Positions 32,000 to 42,306 of a stretch of DNA of 64,000 bases are shown here, piece after piece. Location of the stretch: IMG/VR virus record IMGVR_UViG_3300025137_000025, positions 14,587 to 78,586 of that record; one strand, given 5' to 3'. The first letter of the stretch is position 1, and each line of letters begins with the position of its first letter. A program made the position numbers and the translations under genes. The DNA is from a virus. The notes under the pieces are model-generated. The model was not told the DNA's origin. It saw nothing but the letters and a program-made list of their open reading frames with translations, and made no database searches.

Positions 32000-34715
32000 T
32001 GGACTAAAAAAGATTATCAATAAAGGCGCTCAACGTCTTGTAATTGATGTCTTACAGTCTACTCAGTATTCTACCCCAATCCCTTCAACAATACGTGAGC
32101 TGGTAACAAATGCCTGCGATTCACAACGCGAGAAGGAGATTGCGATAGAAATACTAACAGGTAAGGCAAAGATGGAGGATTACTTCATCACCAGACAGGG
32201 AGAAGAGTATACAGATTCAAATTTTGATTCGTCGTACTATTCTTTGGAGAATCTTAACACGGCTCAGAACAATGTAAAAGTTAAGTATCATGAAAATGAT
32301 GCAGGTACAGGGTTCTGTGACACAGTTGAGATCATTGACTATGGCGTAGGCATTGGTAATAGAAGACTTGAAGGTATGTTGGAGCTAGGTTATTCTACAA
32401 AGCGCAACACATCTGAGAACTTCGGTGCCTTTGGTTTAGGTAGCAAAATTGCATTGTCTACAGGTGTATCGCACTACACCATTGAGACTGTGCATAATAA
32501 CAAGAAGTTCAAGATGCACTGCTATCCGTACAAAACTGACTTTGTAATAACAAAGTGGGATTGTGATGGACACGTGGTTCTTAGCAATGGAGAACATGCT
32601 TATTATAAGAAAACTACTTCTACTAACTACACTAAAATCTCGTTTGGGAGTAAGAAACACAATCGCTCAGCTTACAGAAATGCAATCAAGGAGCAGCTTT
32701 CTTACATATCTAACGTGGATTACTATACTTTATGTCTCGACGGAGACGGTAAGAGTCGTGAGTACAAAGAGGATATAAACAAGGAAGTGCTTGTAAATAC
32801 ACCCTCTTGTATTGTAGCTGCTGGAAGTAGGTGGTATTCAAAGCCGCACATCGTTATTGTCAAGAATCCTGGTGATTCTGTAGGTATTAACTATGGCAGC
32901 ATTGATTTCCGTGAACTTGAGATGGAAGATCTCGCAGGAAACATAGGCATAAAGTGTCCTATGCGGCAATCGTATATAAATGATGATGGACAAGAAGTAG
33001 TATTACAAGAAGGTGTAGACGTTACTCCTTCTCGTGAGAAAGTTATATGGAATGAATCGACAAAGGAATATGTGCAGAAGATGTTGGAGCAAGCTGCGGA
33101 TGAAGCAGCGGAAGTCATACAAGAAGCACTAAAAGAAGATGATTTTATACAATGGATTAAGCTGTGTACTAACATACTATACAAGAACCCATCTGCAGAA
33201 GGGCTAGGTGACGACCTAGTTGGGCTTAATCAGATAGCTCGTATGGTTGATACCTCGAAGATTAGACCTATGTTTAAGTCTTCTGGAATTAGATTTACTA
33301 ATCCCAAGAAGATGTTTGCAGGGTACAGTGTTCGACAGATTCGACGTGTTAGTAATGGCATTGAACGGACTGAATTGAGCGACTGGACTTCGACAGATAT
33401 GTCTAGGGTCTATGTTGCAGATGAAGGCGGTGCAATCAAAATAAATGATTTGTATCTGACTCTTGGAGACTCTCGTAGTTTTATTCTTATTTCACCTAAA
33501 GGCACTGATTATCTTTCAGACGATATCGCACGCGAGACTCGTCCTGAGATAAAGCAAAAACTTCAGGCAGAGAAGAATAAGTACGAGAAGAACAAGCAGA
33601 TCATAACATCTCTTTTGAATACGCAAACCTCATCTGTGCATAGTTACTCTGATATAGAGGTGCCGGAAGATGTCTTAAGTACAATTCAAGCTATAGAAGC
33701 TAAGGATATCTCTCAAGAGCTTACACCTGCAGAACTTCGTAAACTCCAACAGAAGACTGTAGGCTATACTCTAAGAAGGCAGATGAATGATGAACAGTGG
33801 GTATGGGACAAGATAGAACCAACAATTGAAACAGTTGTAAATTCTAAAATTGAAACATATTATGGAACATCAGAAGACGGTCCTAAGATAAAGCTAGCTG
33901 CTGAGATGTTACGTAGACGAGTTTCTACCTGGGGAAGAGTCAGTGTTAGGCTTTCAAGTTCTCAGTGGGACACCAGTCCTATATTATTTAGAGAAGCTAT
34001 TCCTGCGGCTGTCAATAAGTACAATGCGACATTAAAAGAAGGCTTTTCTAGTGTGCTGGATAAATATGAGAGTGAAGCTCCGCAGCTTATTAGATTATCA
34101 GAGAGCAACTGTAAATACGCACGTAAGAATACAAACTGGAAGCACATTGATGACTTCTTCTTTACAATGACTGAAGAAGGAGCTATTACTGCAAGTAGAT
34201 ATCTTAAACCTGTCCTCACTTGTATATCTCTACGAGATAGAAAACAATCGTGGGAATGGTTAGGGAGTGCTACGGCTAAAAATTTGTTGCCTCCTGCGCA
34301 TAAACTTTATAAAACTGTATATAGGTATATGGATATTTGTTTCCCTATCAATCTATCTAACAGCGATTTAGGGGCAGATGATTTTATCAAATATCTTGTA
34401 AACTTTATAAAGTATCAAGACATTTGTGATACTGATGATCTATCTTTAAGGCAGGAAAAGTCCCGTGAATTCTTTGTTGTAGATGTCCCAAGCATCGATG
34501 CGTACGACAAAGAGATTGCAGAACTTGGAAATACTTTAGATGATTTGTCAGAGCATATCGGTAGCTGGATGCTTCACTCTCGTGAGACAGTCTACAATAA
34601 TGCACAGCATGAGTCTATATACAATGTAGTGTTCAACCACTACAATAAATTTGATATCGAAATCCCGGAAATCGAGGTACCGGGCTTGAGATTTAACCTT
34701 ACTCCTCGAAGTTAA
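31956..34715 (+). CDS. rIIA: RIIA-like protein (GHKL ATPase N-terminus)
   Basis: 'IRELVTNACDS', 'DYGVG', 'YSTK', 'GAFGLGSK', 'VTPSRE'. Confidence 0.85.
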   Translation: MSIKTIGQQTQSNTSGLKKIINKGAQRLVIDVLQSTQYSTPIPSTIRELVTNACDSQREKEIAIEILTGKAKMEDYFITRQGEEYTDSNFDSSYYSLENLNTAQNNVKVKYHENDAGTGFCDTVEIIDYGVGIGNRRLEGMLELGYSTKRNTSENFGAFGLGSKIALSTGVSHYTIETVHNNKKFKMHCYPYKTDFVITKWDCDGHVVLSNGEHAYYKKTTSTNYTKISFGSKKHNRSAYRNAIKEQLSYISNVDYYTLCLDGDGKSREYKEDINKEVLVNTPSCIVAAGSRWYSKPHIVIVKNPGDSVGINYGSIDFRELEMEDLAGNIGIKCPMRQSYINDDGQEVVLQEGVDVTPSREKVIWNESTKEYVQKMLEQAADEAAEVIQEALKEDDFIQWIKLCTNILYKNPSAEGLGDDLVGLNQIARMVDTSKIRPMFKSSGIRFTNPKKMFAGYSVRQIRRVSNGIERTELSDWTSTDMSRVYVADEGGAIKINDLYLTLGDSRSFILISPKGTDYLSDDIARETRPEIKQKLQAEKNKYEKNKQIITSLLNTQTSSVHSYSDIEVPEDVLSTIQAIEAKDISQELTPAELRKLQQKTVGYTLRRQMNDEQWVWDKIEPTIETVVNSKIETYYGTSEDGPKIKLAAEMLRRRVSTWGRVSVRLSSSQWDTSPILFREAIPAAVNKYNATLKEGFSSVLDKYESEAPQLIRLSESNCKYARKNTNWKHIDDFFFTMTEEGAITASRYLKPVLTCISLRDRKQSWEWLGSATAKNLLPPAHKLYKTVYRYMDICFPINLSNSDLGADDFIKYLVNFIKYQDICDTDDLSLRQEKSREFFVVDVPSIDAYDKEIAELGNTLDDLSEHIGSWMLHSRETVYNNAQHESIYNVVFNHYNKFDIEIPEIEVPGLRFNLTPRS

Positions 34716-34730
34716 TTCCAAACATTAACA

Positions 34731-35879
34731 ATGATAAATATAAACCTGATAGAAGAGAATATCTCTGTATCTATAGGCGAAGACTTTTATGTAATCCCGC
34801 ATAATGCTGCGTCTATGAAACGATTGAGTGACTTAGCAGCTCAAGCTAATTTTGCAAAGACATATGAAGATTATGAAATCTATGTCCGAGAAATTACTAC
34901 GCTAGTTGAAGAAAACGGTATAGATTCTTCTGCATTGATACAATCTAAATGTGACCACATTGTTCAAGATCCTCTGACTAAGGAGTTCTTCTTGACATAC
35001 GGTGACGATAAGATTTCAACCATGCCTATGCCGCAGTCTCTTGTTGATCGTATAATGGATTCGATTGATAAGAACATAGATTTCTTACCTGTTATAAAAC
35101 TATGGACGCGGTTTCTACGCAATCCGTTGTTGAAAGAGAAAGGAGCAGATTTTGCTGAGAGATTTGCTGACTTTGTAAACATGCGCTATGTGCATCCTGC
35201 GAGTAAAGAGGTTTATCTGGAAAAAGGTCTTGCCGAAGACGTAGCTATTGAACTTGCTACTGTATATCAGATAAAAATTACCAACGAAGGTCTCTTGAAT
35301 GGTTACAAAGTTAGCAGAGAGCTGCTTCATTCTTTTGACATTGAAACGGGAGAGAAAGTTGATCGCTACAAACGCACTTTTAATGTTGATACTGGAGAGA
35401 TAGAGTCAGAAGGACTCCCTCAGTACATCGAAGATCGTGTGTTTGAGCCTGCAGTCATGGGCAATGGGGGCGATGCATTCTACTGCGGTGACAATAAAGG
35501 TCATCACATTAAAGTAGGACAAACACATTCTCTTGAATCGTGGGATCAAGTGAATACTAATGACAATGCTACATGTGTCCCAGGATTACATATAGGTGGT
35601 CTTAGGTATATTGCTTGGTACGCAGGTGAGATACATAATGTGTTTGTTGACCCTATGCATATTGGAGCTATACCTGATTCAGAAGATGGTGCTATTCGTT
35701 GCCTCGAATATTTCGTACACTCTAGCTTAGCTGGTGTGAATGGAAGTATGTATCATTCTTCTACCTATGCAGCTATGACAGATGCTCAATGGGGAATTCT
35801 TCGCCTAGAGATTATGACAGATAATCTTGCAAAGATACAGGAGCTTCAAGCAGCAGATAAACTTTTAGATGTAATGTAA
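34731..35879 (+). CDS. rIIB: RIIB-like protein
   Basis: 'W.R...NP', 'IT.EG...GYK', 'C..GLH.G...Y', 'VDP...GAIP....G.IR'; follows rIIA. Confidence 0.8.
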   Translation: MININLIEENISVSIGEDFYVIPHNAASMKRLSDLAAQANFAKTYEDYEIYVREITTLVEENGIDSSALIQSKCDHIVQDPLTKEFFLTYGDDKISTMPMPQSLVDRIMDSIDKNIDFLPVIKLWTRFLRNPLLKEKGADFAERFADFVNMRYVHPASKEVYLEKGLAEDVAIELATVYQIKITNEGLLNGYKVSRELLHSFDIETGEKVDRYKRTFNVDTGEIESEGLPQYIEDRVFEPAVMGNGGDAFYCGDNKGHHIKVGQTHSLESWDQVNTNDNATCVPGLHIGGLRYIAWYAGEIHNVFVDPMHIGAIPDSEDGAIRCLEYFVHSSLAGVNGSMYHSSTYAAMTDAQWGILRLEIMTDNLAKIQELQAADKLLDVM

Positions 35880-35880
35880 C

Positions 35881-36654
35881 ATGAGTCAACAAATTGAACG
35901 ACTTCCTAAAGGAAAGGCCGTTTGTTTGATTGACGCAGACTCGTTGCTGTACTACGAGATGGGGAAAGAAACGTTGGAAGAGGCTATGGCTGGCCTCGAC
36001 CAACGTGTTCTTCACATCCTAGAACAGTGTAATACTACTAAGTATGCGGGTTTTCTGACTCAAGGCAAGTGCTTTAGGTATGAGGTAGATTTTGAATACA
36101 AAGCTAAACGTAAGAAATCCAATCGATCTGTGTTGTTTCCTTCTTTGAAGGAGTACGCACAGCAGAAATGGGGTTTCACTTATGTTACAGAGCTGGAAGC
36201 TGATGATTTAGTCAGTTATTATTCATACAATCACGAAGAGAATACAATTATCTGTTCCCCTGACAAAGATGTACTCAAACAATGTATTGGTATGCATTAT
36301 AATTATGGGAAAGCAGAGTTCACACACACATCTCCTGAAGAAGCTCTTAAGTTTCTATGGATACAAGCGTTGATGGGCGACAGCACAGATAATATAACAG
36401 GTATTCCAGGGGTAGGGATAAAGACTGCAGAGAATTGGTTAAAGGATAGGACGAAAGACTTTGAGTCTTTTGCTATACGTAAATACGTAGAGAAGTTCGG
36501 TATGATAAATGGTATCATGGAGTTCTTCAAAAACTTTAACCTTGTATACTTACTAAAAACAGATGAGGATATGGCCAGATATGGTCTTACTCTTTCTGCT
36601 TTGGAGTGTATTGACATTTCTCAGAATGAGCTAGAATTATGGGACGATGAATGA
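35881..36654 (+). CDS. 5'-3' exonuclease / flap endonuclease (T7 gp6-like)
   Basis: 'IDADS', 'YKAKR', 'EADD', 'SPDKD', 'GDSTDNI.G.PGVG.KTA'. Confidence 0.88.
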   Translation: MSQQIERLPKGKAVCLIDADSLLYYEMGKETLEEAMAGLDQRVLHILEQCNTTKYAGFLTQGKCFRYEVDFEYKAKRKKSNRSVLFPSLKEYAQQKWGFTYVTELEADDLVSYYSYNHEENTIICSPDKDVLKQCIGMHYNYGKAEFTHTSPEEALKFLWIQALMGDSTDNITGIPGVGIKTAENWLKDRTKDFESFAIRKYVEKFGMINGIMEFFKNFNLVYLLKTDEDMARYGLTLSALECIDISQNELELWDDE

Positions 36655-37405
36655 TGCAAAGGGTCTTAATTTAACGCCTGTTGATGGGCGTACTGTTCGT
36701 CTGAACCGACCTGCAGATTTTAGAGAAGTAACAAATGACACTGATATAGTTAAGCTATATCGAGAGTCTGACGATCTTTCGATCACAATTGGGACCTCTA
36801 TAATCTATAGAAAGACAAAGCACAAAGTAAATATTATTAATAGGGGCACACACGAAGGGAGACTTGTTTCCTACGATTTAAAGTGTGCGTTACTTACTAG
36901 TTCTAGTACGTTTGTGCTTCCTTTCTTGGGCGGTAACAGAAAGTATATGTTGTGGGATTCATTGTTTGTAAATGCTTTTATTTCTACACCTGAACACGAT
37001 GAGTGCATTGCACTTTTGTACAGATTTTCAGGAGAAGAGCTATTTACAAAGTTTGAGTCCGCAATGTGTGCTATGCCTACGTTTATCAAATTTGAAGATG
37101 TGGATAATCACCACGTGCTTTTCACTTTTGATGTTCCGAGTTCTGCTAAGAACTCATATGAACAATTTAGAAACGGACAATATTCAAAGATTGATGATAT
37201 ATGGAAATTATTAATACTAGACTATCACGGATTTGACAGCAAAGGACAGACCGCTCAGATATTGTACAAAAGCTCAGAGCTTAGGAAAGAACTAGAAAAA
37301 CGTCTAGATACGGACCTAGGAGACTCTGAGGTGCACAGTATTCCTGACATGACTTATGAGAGATTTAATAAAGAATACTATCAAGCACATGCATCCACTA
37401 TTTAA
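36647..37405 (+). CDS. conserved hypothetical protein
   Basis: 252 aa, coupled to the exonuclease. Confidence 0.6.
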   Translation: MNDAKGLNLTPVDGRTVRLNRPADFREVTNDTDIVKLYRESDDLSITIGTSIIYRKTKHKVNIINRGTHEGRLVSYDLKCALLTSSSTFVLPFLGGNRKYMLWDSLFVNAFISTPEHDECIALLYRFSGEELFTKFESAMCAMPTFIKFEDVDNHHVLFTFDVPSSAKNSYEQFRNGQYSKIDDIWKLLILDYHGFDSKGQTAQILYKSSELRKELEKRLDTDLGDSEVHSIPDMTYERFNKEYYQAHASTI

Positions 37406-38102
37406 AGATGTAGACTATGGATGGGGGGAGTTGGAGCCCCTCATCAATAGCTCTCAATTCGATTTTACGGTAGAGGAGATAAAGACAAAAGGCAAGAAGA
37501 TATATCCTAAACGAGAGGATTTATTTAAGGCTTTTAGACTTTGTCCCTTAGATAAGGTTAGAGTAGTGATACTCGGACAAGATCCATATCATAATGGTCA
37601 AGCAACTGGATTAGCTTTTGGGGTAGCACATAAACCTATCCCTCCTTCTTTGCGTATCATACACAAAGAGCTATGCGCACAGTTTGATCACAACCAACCA
37701 ATCGAGGAGTTCGATCATACTCTAGAGCATTGGGCAAAACAAGGAGTTCTACTTCTTAATACTTGCCTAACTGTAGAAGAGAAAACTCCTGGAGCCCACG
37801 CTGGTATGTGGGATTGGTTTGTGAGAGAAGTGCTGCAAATGGTACAAGCAAAACAGAGGCATACTATATTTGTACTCTGGGGTAAGCACGCTCAGAAGTT
37901 TACTAAATTCATCAATGTCGCTACAATTTCTTCTGCACATCCTGCAGCTGAAGTTTACACGGGCGGTAAAGGTGGGTTCCACGGCAATGGGCACTTTCTA
38001 GACTTAAACAGTCGAGTAGGTAACATTGACTGGTTTAAACTTCCAGAGCCTGTATCCGAAGATTCACAAATTAAAATGTATGAACAAGATGTATGGGAAT
38101 GA
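37389..38102 (+). CDS. ung: uracil-DNA glycosylase (family 1)
   Basis: 'GQDPYH', 'A.GLAF', 'PPSL', 'QGVLLLN', 'LWG', 'HP'. Confidence 0.93.
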   Translation: MHPLFKDVDYGWGELEPLINSSQFDFTVEEIKTKGKKIYPKREDLFKAFRLCPLDKVRVVILGQDPYHNGQATGLAFGVAHKPIPPSLRIIHKELCAQFDHNQPIEEFDHTLEHWAKQGVLLLNTCLTVEEKTPGAHAGMWDWFVREVLQMVQAKQRHTIFVLWGKHAQKFTKFINVATISSAHPAAEVYTGGKGGFHGNGHFLDLNSRVGNIDWFKLPEPVSEDSQIKMYEQDVWE

Positions 38103-38145
38103 CAAACTTAGGTTTTGGGAACAAGACTATAAAACAACAACTACT

Positions 38146-38427
38146 ATGGATATAATCAAATTAGATACCATTAAAGAGGCACATGATATCTTAGACAGCT
38201 TGAAGACTCTCCTTGCGGAGAAGAACCAGGCATACGGAGACAGTGCTCTTTCTGATATTAATTTGTTCTGTAATTTATCTTCACTCCAATTGTTGGAGGG
38301 ACAGATAGAACATAAGTTGCGTAGGCTTAAAAACCTAGGTGTTGACGGCGACACGGAAGATACACTCATGGATCTCATGGGGTATCTAACGTTGTTTATG
38401 GTAGCTGTTAACCGATCGAGAAAATAA
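38146..38427 (+). CDS. DUF1599 / nucleotide-modification-associated domain protein
   Basis: 'KN..YGDS...K..RL....EDT..DL.GY'. Confidence 0.65.
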   Translation: MDIIKLDTIKEAHDILDSLKTLLAEKNQAYGDSALSDINLFCNLSSLQLLEGQIEHKLRRLKNLGVDGDTEDTLMDLMGYLTLFMVAVNRSRK

Positions 38428-38433
38428 GGAAAT

Positions 38434-38463
38434 TGGGGTGGCGGCTTTCGCTGCCCCTTTTTT
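38434..38463. terminator. terminator between convergent replication and cargo blocks
   Basis: GGGGTGGCG...CGCTGCCCC followed by a T-run. Confidence 0.7.
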
Positions 38464-38469
38464 AGGGCC

Positions 38470-41400
38470 TTACTTTTTGCTAGTCAGTTCATAGTACTTA
38501 GAAGCCTGTTCTGGGTCTACTGATTTGTACAAACCAGCAGCAATTGGGAATACATCTAAGAGTTCTTTTGTCCACTTAAGATCTCCTTTTTGCATTTTTC
38601 CTGCTCGACGCTGATAATAAACATCTTCATCAGGTACAAGCCCGACAGAATTAAAAAGTAAATCTTTAGATGCCCGTAGCAGCTGAATATTATCTTCAAT
38701 TAATTGGCTAGCCGCTGTAGGATTCTCCATCAGTCTAAATAATTCAGATGGGTCTCTGAACGCATTAAGTTCTGTCTTTAATCTATGTGCTTGATAAATA
38801 GCAAAGTGCCCTGCAAAGTTATCGAACTCGTCGTCGTCATCCATTGCAGCTCCTAATGCGCTAGTCATAAGACCTAGCATTGACAAATAGACTTGTTCGT
38901 GATAAACTCTTTTTAAGTTTTGTCTTTGTAAATCCGACAGATCTTTTGAGAATGGGTTTAGATTGTTGAACGCTCGAGCAAATTCACGTCTCCGTACCAG
39001 TGCAAGCGAACTTCCTATCGCTCTTGCTACGGTTGTGTAGTATCCTTCTGTAATATCTGCTAGCTCCACATCAACATGGTATCCCCCAGTAGAATGCCCA
39101 AATCTTTTTCTATAGGCAGGCACTAAGAACTTTCTAAAAAGCATTAAAGGTCTAGTAACGTTTTGACGTTCTAATAGCACCTTATCAATAGGACCTTTAA
39201 GCTGGTTAGTTCTTTTGGTGATCCCATTAAGCTTACTTGCAAAAGCTGCTAGTTCTTTCTTACCAAAGTTTGCAACCTCTGAGTTTACTACAAGTCTGCC
39301 TTTGCTGTTTATCTCCATCACGTCCCAGAGGTTAGCCTCTTTGCCCTCCTTTGTTTTTATAACCTTACCGTTTTTATCCTTAAGGGTTCCTTCTAAGGAT
39401 ATAGCTAAGGCTACCATCTTTTCAGCTGTAGTTTGCCATTCCATTCCTCGTTGTGCTGCAAATGCTGTCCCAAAGTCTGTTGCTTTTTTGACTGCACTTC
39501 CAGTGGTTTTCTCAAATGCTTGTGAGTGTTCTTGCAAAGCATCAAACATCTCTAGCATCTTGTTAAGCTTAGTTTCTTTATTAAACTTAGGGCTTAGTCC
39601 TTCCGACGACATGCTTGCAAGCACTTTAAATCTTGCACGAGATAAGTCCGATCTGCTGTAGAATTGGTTTGCCCACCCTTCTTGAGCGTTCATAGTGCTA
39701 TCAATTATGAGCTGGTTAGTTGCTTGCAGCATGTTACCAGATAATCGTGCTAGTGCTGTCATTGTTGAAGCTTGTCCCACTAGTTTTGATACTGAGAGCT
39801 TACCTAAAACTGTTTTTTTAGCATTCCCTTTTATAGACTCTCCGTAGATCACGTTGTCGATGAAGCTTTCTAACGCTATATATGTGTTTGACTTTTTTCC
39901 CTCATCTTTTAACTCAAGGTTGTATCCTAGCTTTTGTGCTGTGCGATCGGTTAAATAGTTACCAGATTCCGTCATAGTTAACGTACCTCGAGAAGCTATA
40001 GCATCATGCATTACGTTTACCATGCCTAGCATTTTAGCCTTAGCCTCGTATCGGTTAGACATATCAGTAAACTTAACTATACTATCCACTATGTTCTTAG
40101 ACACCTTAGCTTCTTCTACTACGTTAGTAAAGTATCTAGGTATAAACTTCATCTTCTCACCACTAGCCTGTACCAGCTCTCCAAAGTCTGTATCAGTTTC
40201 TTGTAAGTAGAACGCATCATTTATTACGTCGGTTACCGCCTCTCCTGGGTTGCCCTCTAGTCCTATATCCAGTGCCGACTTTCTAACAGATGGAAGTATG
40301 TACGAGAAGTTGTCCCAGGAGTTTTGAGACATGCCTCCTTTCCCAAGTTTCTTCTGCTGTATTTTATATATGTTTAGCAACACATCATAAAACTCTTTTG
40401 CTTCCGCAGGCATAGAGGTATACTTTGTGTTATTGTAGCTCTGGTTAGGTACAGTTAAGTTCCCTACTATCTGCATCCCATTTTTTCCACGTCTGTATAC
40501 CTTTTTTATTTCTAGCTCTAGTGCATGGTACTGGTAGGTTAGCTCCTTCCCTGTTTCTTCTTTCCCGTCCTTAAACGCTTTGATTCGTGCATAGTCTAAA
40601 TTATCTCGCTCTGTAAGCATGCCGTCAATAATGTCTCGTGCTCCTTGTATCTCTTCAGTATTTTCTGCATACCATTTTGCTACAGCTGCATTATATTTTC
40701 TCCCATTGTCAGACCTAAAGAAATCATCCAAGTCAGCATTGTCCTTAGGATAGTTGTGTGCTTTCTTAGCAGCTTCAAATGCTTGAGTCTTTGCATTCTG
40801 AAATCGGTTCATGTTATATGGCTGCACAAAGGACAGAACTGGAATCATCTTGATCGTACCGTCTTCTTGCTTTCGTGCAATATTTACAGTCTCAAACAAG
40901 TTTTCATAAAACTTATCGGGCCTATCTTCCGATACACCTTTCCATGCTCTAAATTTTTTAAAGGCAGGTTCTAGCTGATACTTTACATCAATTGTTTTTT
41001 GATGAGCATCAAATAATTCTGACTTCACAGCATTTGCAAACAATTGAATGTTAAGTTCTGAGTTGTACACTAAAGGATCTGCGTACATAGAAAAAGATGA
41101 AGCATCTTGATGAGTTTCTCGTAACTCTCGTATGATAGCCTCTCTCCCAACTATCTGTTCTTTTAGTTGTATAATGTTTAGCTTCATTAATTTCTCTCTC
41201 CTCTCTTGTCCTGCCCCTATTTTAAGAGTATCACGCATAATTTTAATTGCACGTGGGTCTCTTCTCTTTAGTCCTTCATAGGGAATATTAAAGTCTTTCT
41301 TTGCCACTGCAGCTTCTAGCTTCTCTATACTGGCATTAAACTTTTGGTTAACCTCCATTGGAGCATACTCTAGCAGTAGATCCGCTTGAATAGGTATAGC

Positions 41401-42306
41401 TATTTCTAAGTACCTGTCATTCAGATCCTTCATATCAGATATAGACACTACAAGTTTGTCTAAGAGTTCATCTTTTGTCCCAGACTCATCTTGCATACGC
41501 ACCAGTTTACTCTGTAGTTGGTTAATGACCGATAAATCTCTGTTTTCTGTGTAGAAAGCATCTAGCGTTTGCTTTAAAGTAGAGATTTTAGATAAGATTG
41601 CTGCTCTATCTGAGTTAGGCATAGTTTTGTATGCAACAGAGTACTCGTCTTCCATCTTATCCATTGCTGTAGCAGCTCTTTTGCTTAGATTAAATACATA
41701 ATCTACGTAATCATAGAAGTTGTCTACTCTTTCTTTTCCAGTTGCTACTTTCCTGAGCTGTATTTTTAACAGTTCCAGCTCTCTTCTCCTATTTTTTACA
41801 GAATCTGTTTCCTCAAGTCTATTTAATCTATCTATTTGTAGCTGCAGGTTAGTAACGATTTTGTCTGTTAGATCGTCCACTTTTTCTTTCCTGTCAAATG
41901 CCTCACTGATTAAAGGGTCAACAGTTTCTTCTATTTCTTCTACTCTGTCTACTCCTTTTGTGGTAGTAGATGAATTTTGAAGATCACTTGTAGGATTCAG
42001 CAGCTCTAGGATATTATCGTTTACAGATATGCGTGTGTCTTTTCCGGCAGGAGTTTGCATTATTAAGTCTCCCACAACTCCAAAGAACTCGCGTGCTGTA
42101 TTATTTATGGTAGCTATGTCCTCTGCTACTCCATCTTGTTTTACAGCAAACAAAGCGTCTCCGTCTTCGAATACCATGTTACGAGAACGCAGCATGTTTT
42201 CAATTTTAAAACCTGCACGCGCACCGCTAGGATTATCTTCAACATAGTTAAATACCTCTGTCAGCAATGCATTTTCTACTCCCCCAACTCTATAGCTACA
42301 GCTCAT
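38470..42306 (-). CDS. large virion cargo/ejection protein
   Basis: 1278 aa, helical; C-terminal 'MLFRKF.....KRF...EGYY' typical of the crAss giant protein downstream of RNAP. Confidence 0.65.
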   Translation of the reverse strand: MSCSYRVGGVENALLTEVFNYVEDNPSGARAGFKIENMLRSRNMVFEDGDALFAVKQDGVAEDIATINNTAREFFGVVGDLIMQTPAGKDTRISVNDNILELLNPTSDLQNSSTTTKGVDRVEEIEETVDPLISEAFDRKEKVDDLTDKIVTNLQLQIDRLNRLEETDSVKNRRRELELLKIQLRKVATGKERVDNFYDYVDYVFNLSKRAATAMDKMEDEYSVAYKTMPNSDRAAILSKISTLKQTLDAFYTENRDLSVINQLQSKLVRMQDESGTKDELLDKLVVSISDMKDLNDRYLEIAIPIQADLLLEYAPMEVNQKFNASIEKLEAAVAKKDFNIPYEGLKRRDPRAIKIMRDTLKIGAGQERREKLMKLNIIQLKEQIVGREAIIRELRETHQDASSFSMYADPLVYNSELNIQLFANAVKSELFDAHQKTIDVKYQLEPAFKKFRAWKGVSEDRPDKFYENLFETVNIARKQEDGTIKMIPVLSFVQPYNMNRFQNAKTQAFEAAKKAHNYPKDNADLDDFFRSDNGRKYNAAVAKWYAENTEEIQGARDIIDGMLTERDNLDYARIKAFKDGKEETGKELTYQYHALELEIKKVYRRGKNGMQIVGNLTVPNQSYNNTKYTSMPAEAKEFYDVLLNIYKIQQKKLGKGGMSQNSWDNFSYILPSVRKSALDIGLEGNPGEAVTDVINDAFYLQETDTDFGELVQASGEKMKFIPRYFTNVVEEAKVSKNIVDSIVKFTDMSNRYEAKAKMLGMVNVMHDAIASRGTLTMTESGNYLTDRTAQKLGYNLELKDEGKKSNTYIALESFIDNVIYGESIKGNAKKTVLGKLSVSKLVGQASTMTALARLSGNMLQATNQLIIDSTMNAQEGWANQFYSRSDLSRARFKVLASMSSEGLSPKFNKETKLNKMLEMFDALQEHSQAFEKTTGSAVKKATDFGTAFAAQRGMEWQTTAEKMVALAISLEGTLKDKNGKVIKTKEGKEANLWDVMEINSKGRLVVNSEVANFGKKELAAFASKLNGITKRTNQLKGPIDKVLLERQNVTRPLMLFRKFLVPAYRKRFGHSTGGYHVDVELADITEGYYTTVARAIGSSLALVRRREFARAFNNLNPFSKDLSDLQRQNLKRVYHEQVYLSMLGLMTSALGAAMDDDDEFDNFAGHFAIYQAHRLKTELNAFRDPSELFRLMENPTAASQLIEDNIQLLRASKDLLFNSVGLVPDEDVYYQRRAGKMQKGDLKWTKELLDVFPIAAGLYKSVDPEQASKYYELTSKK

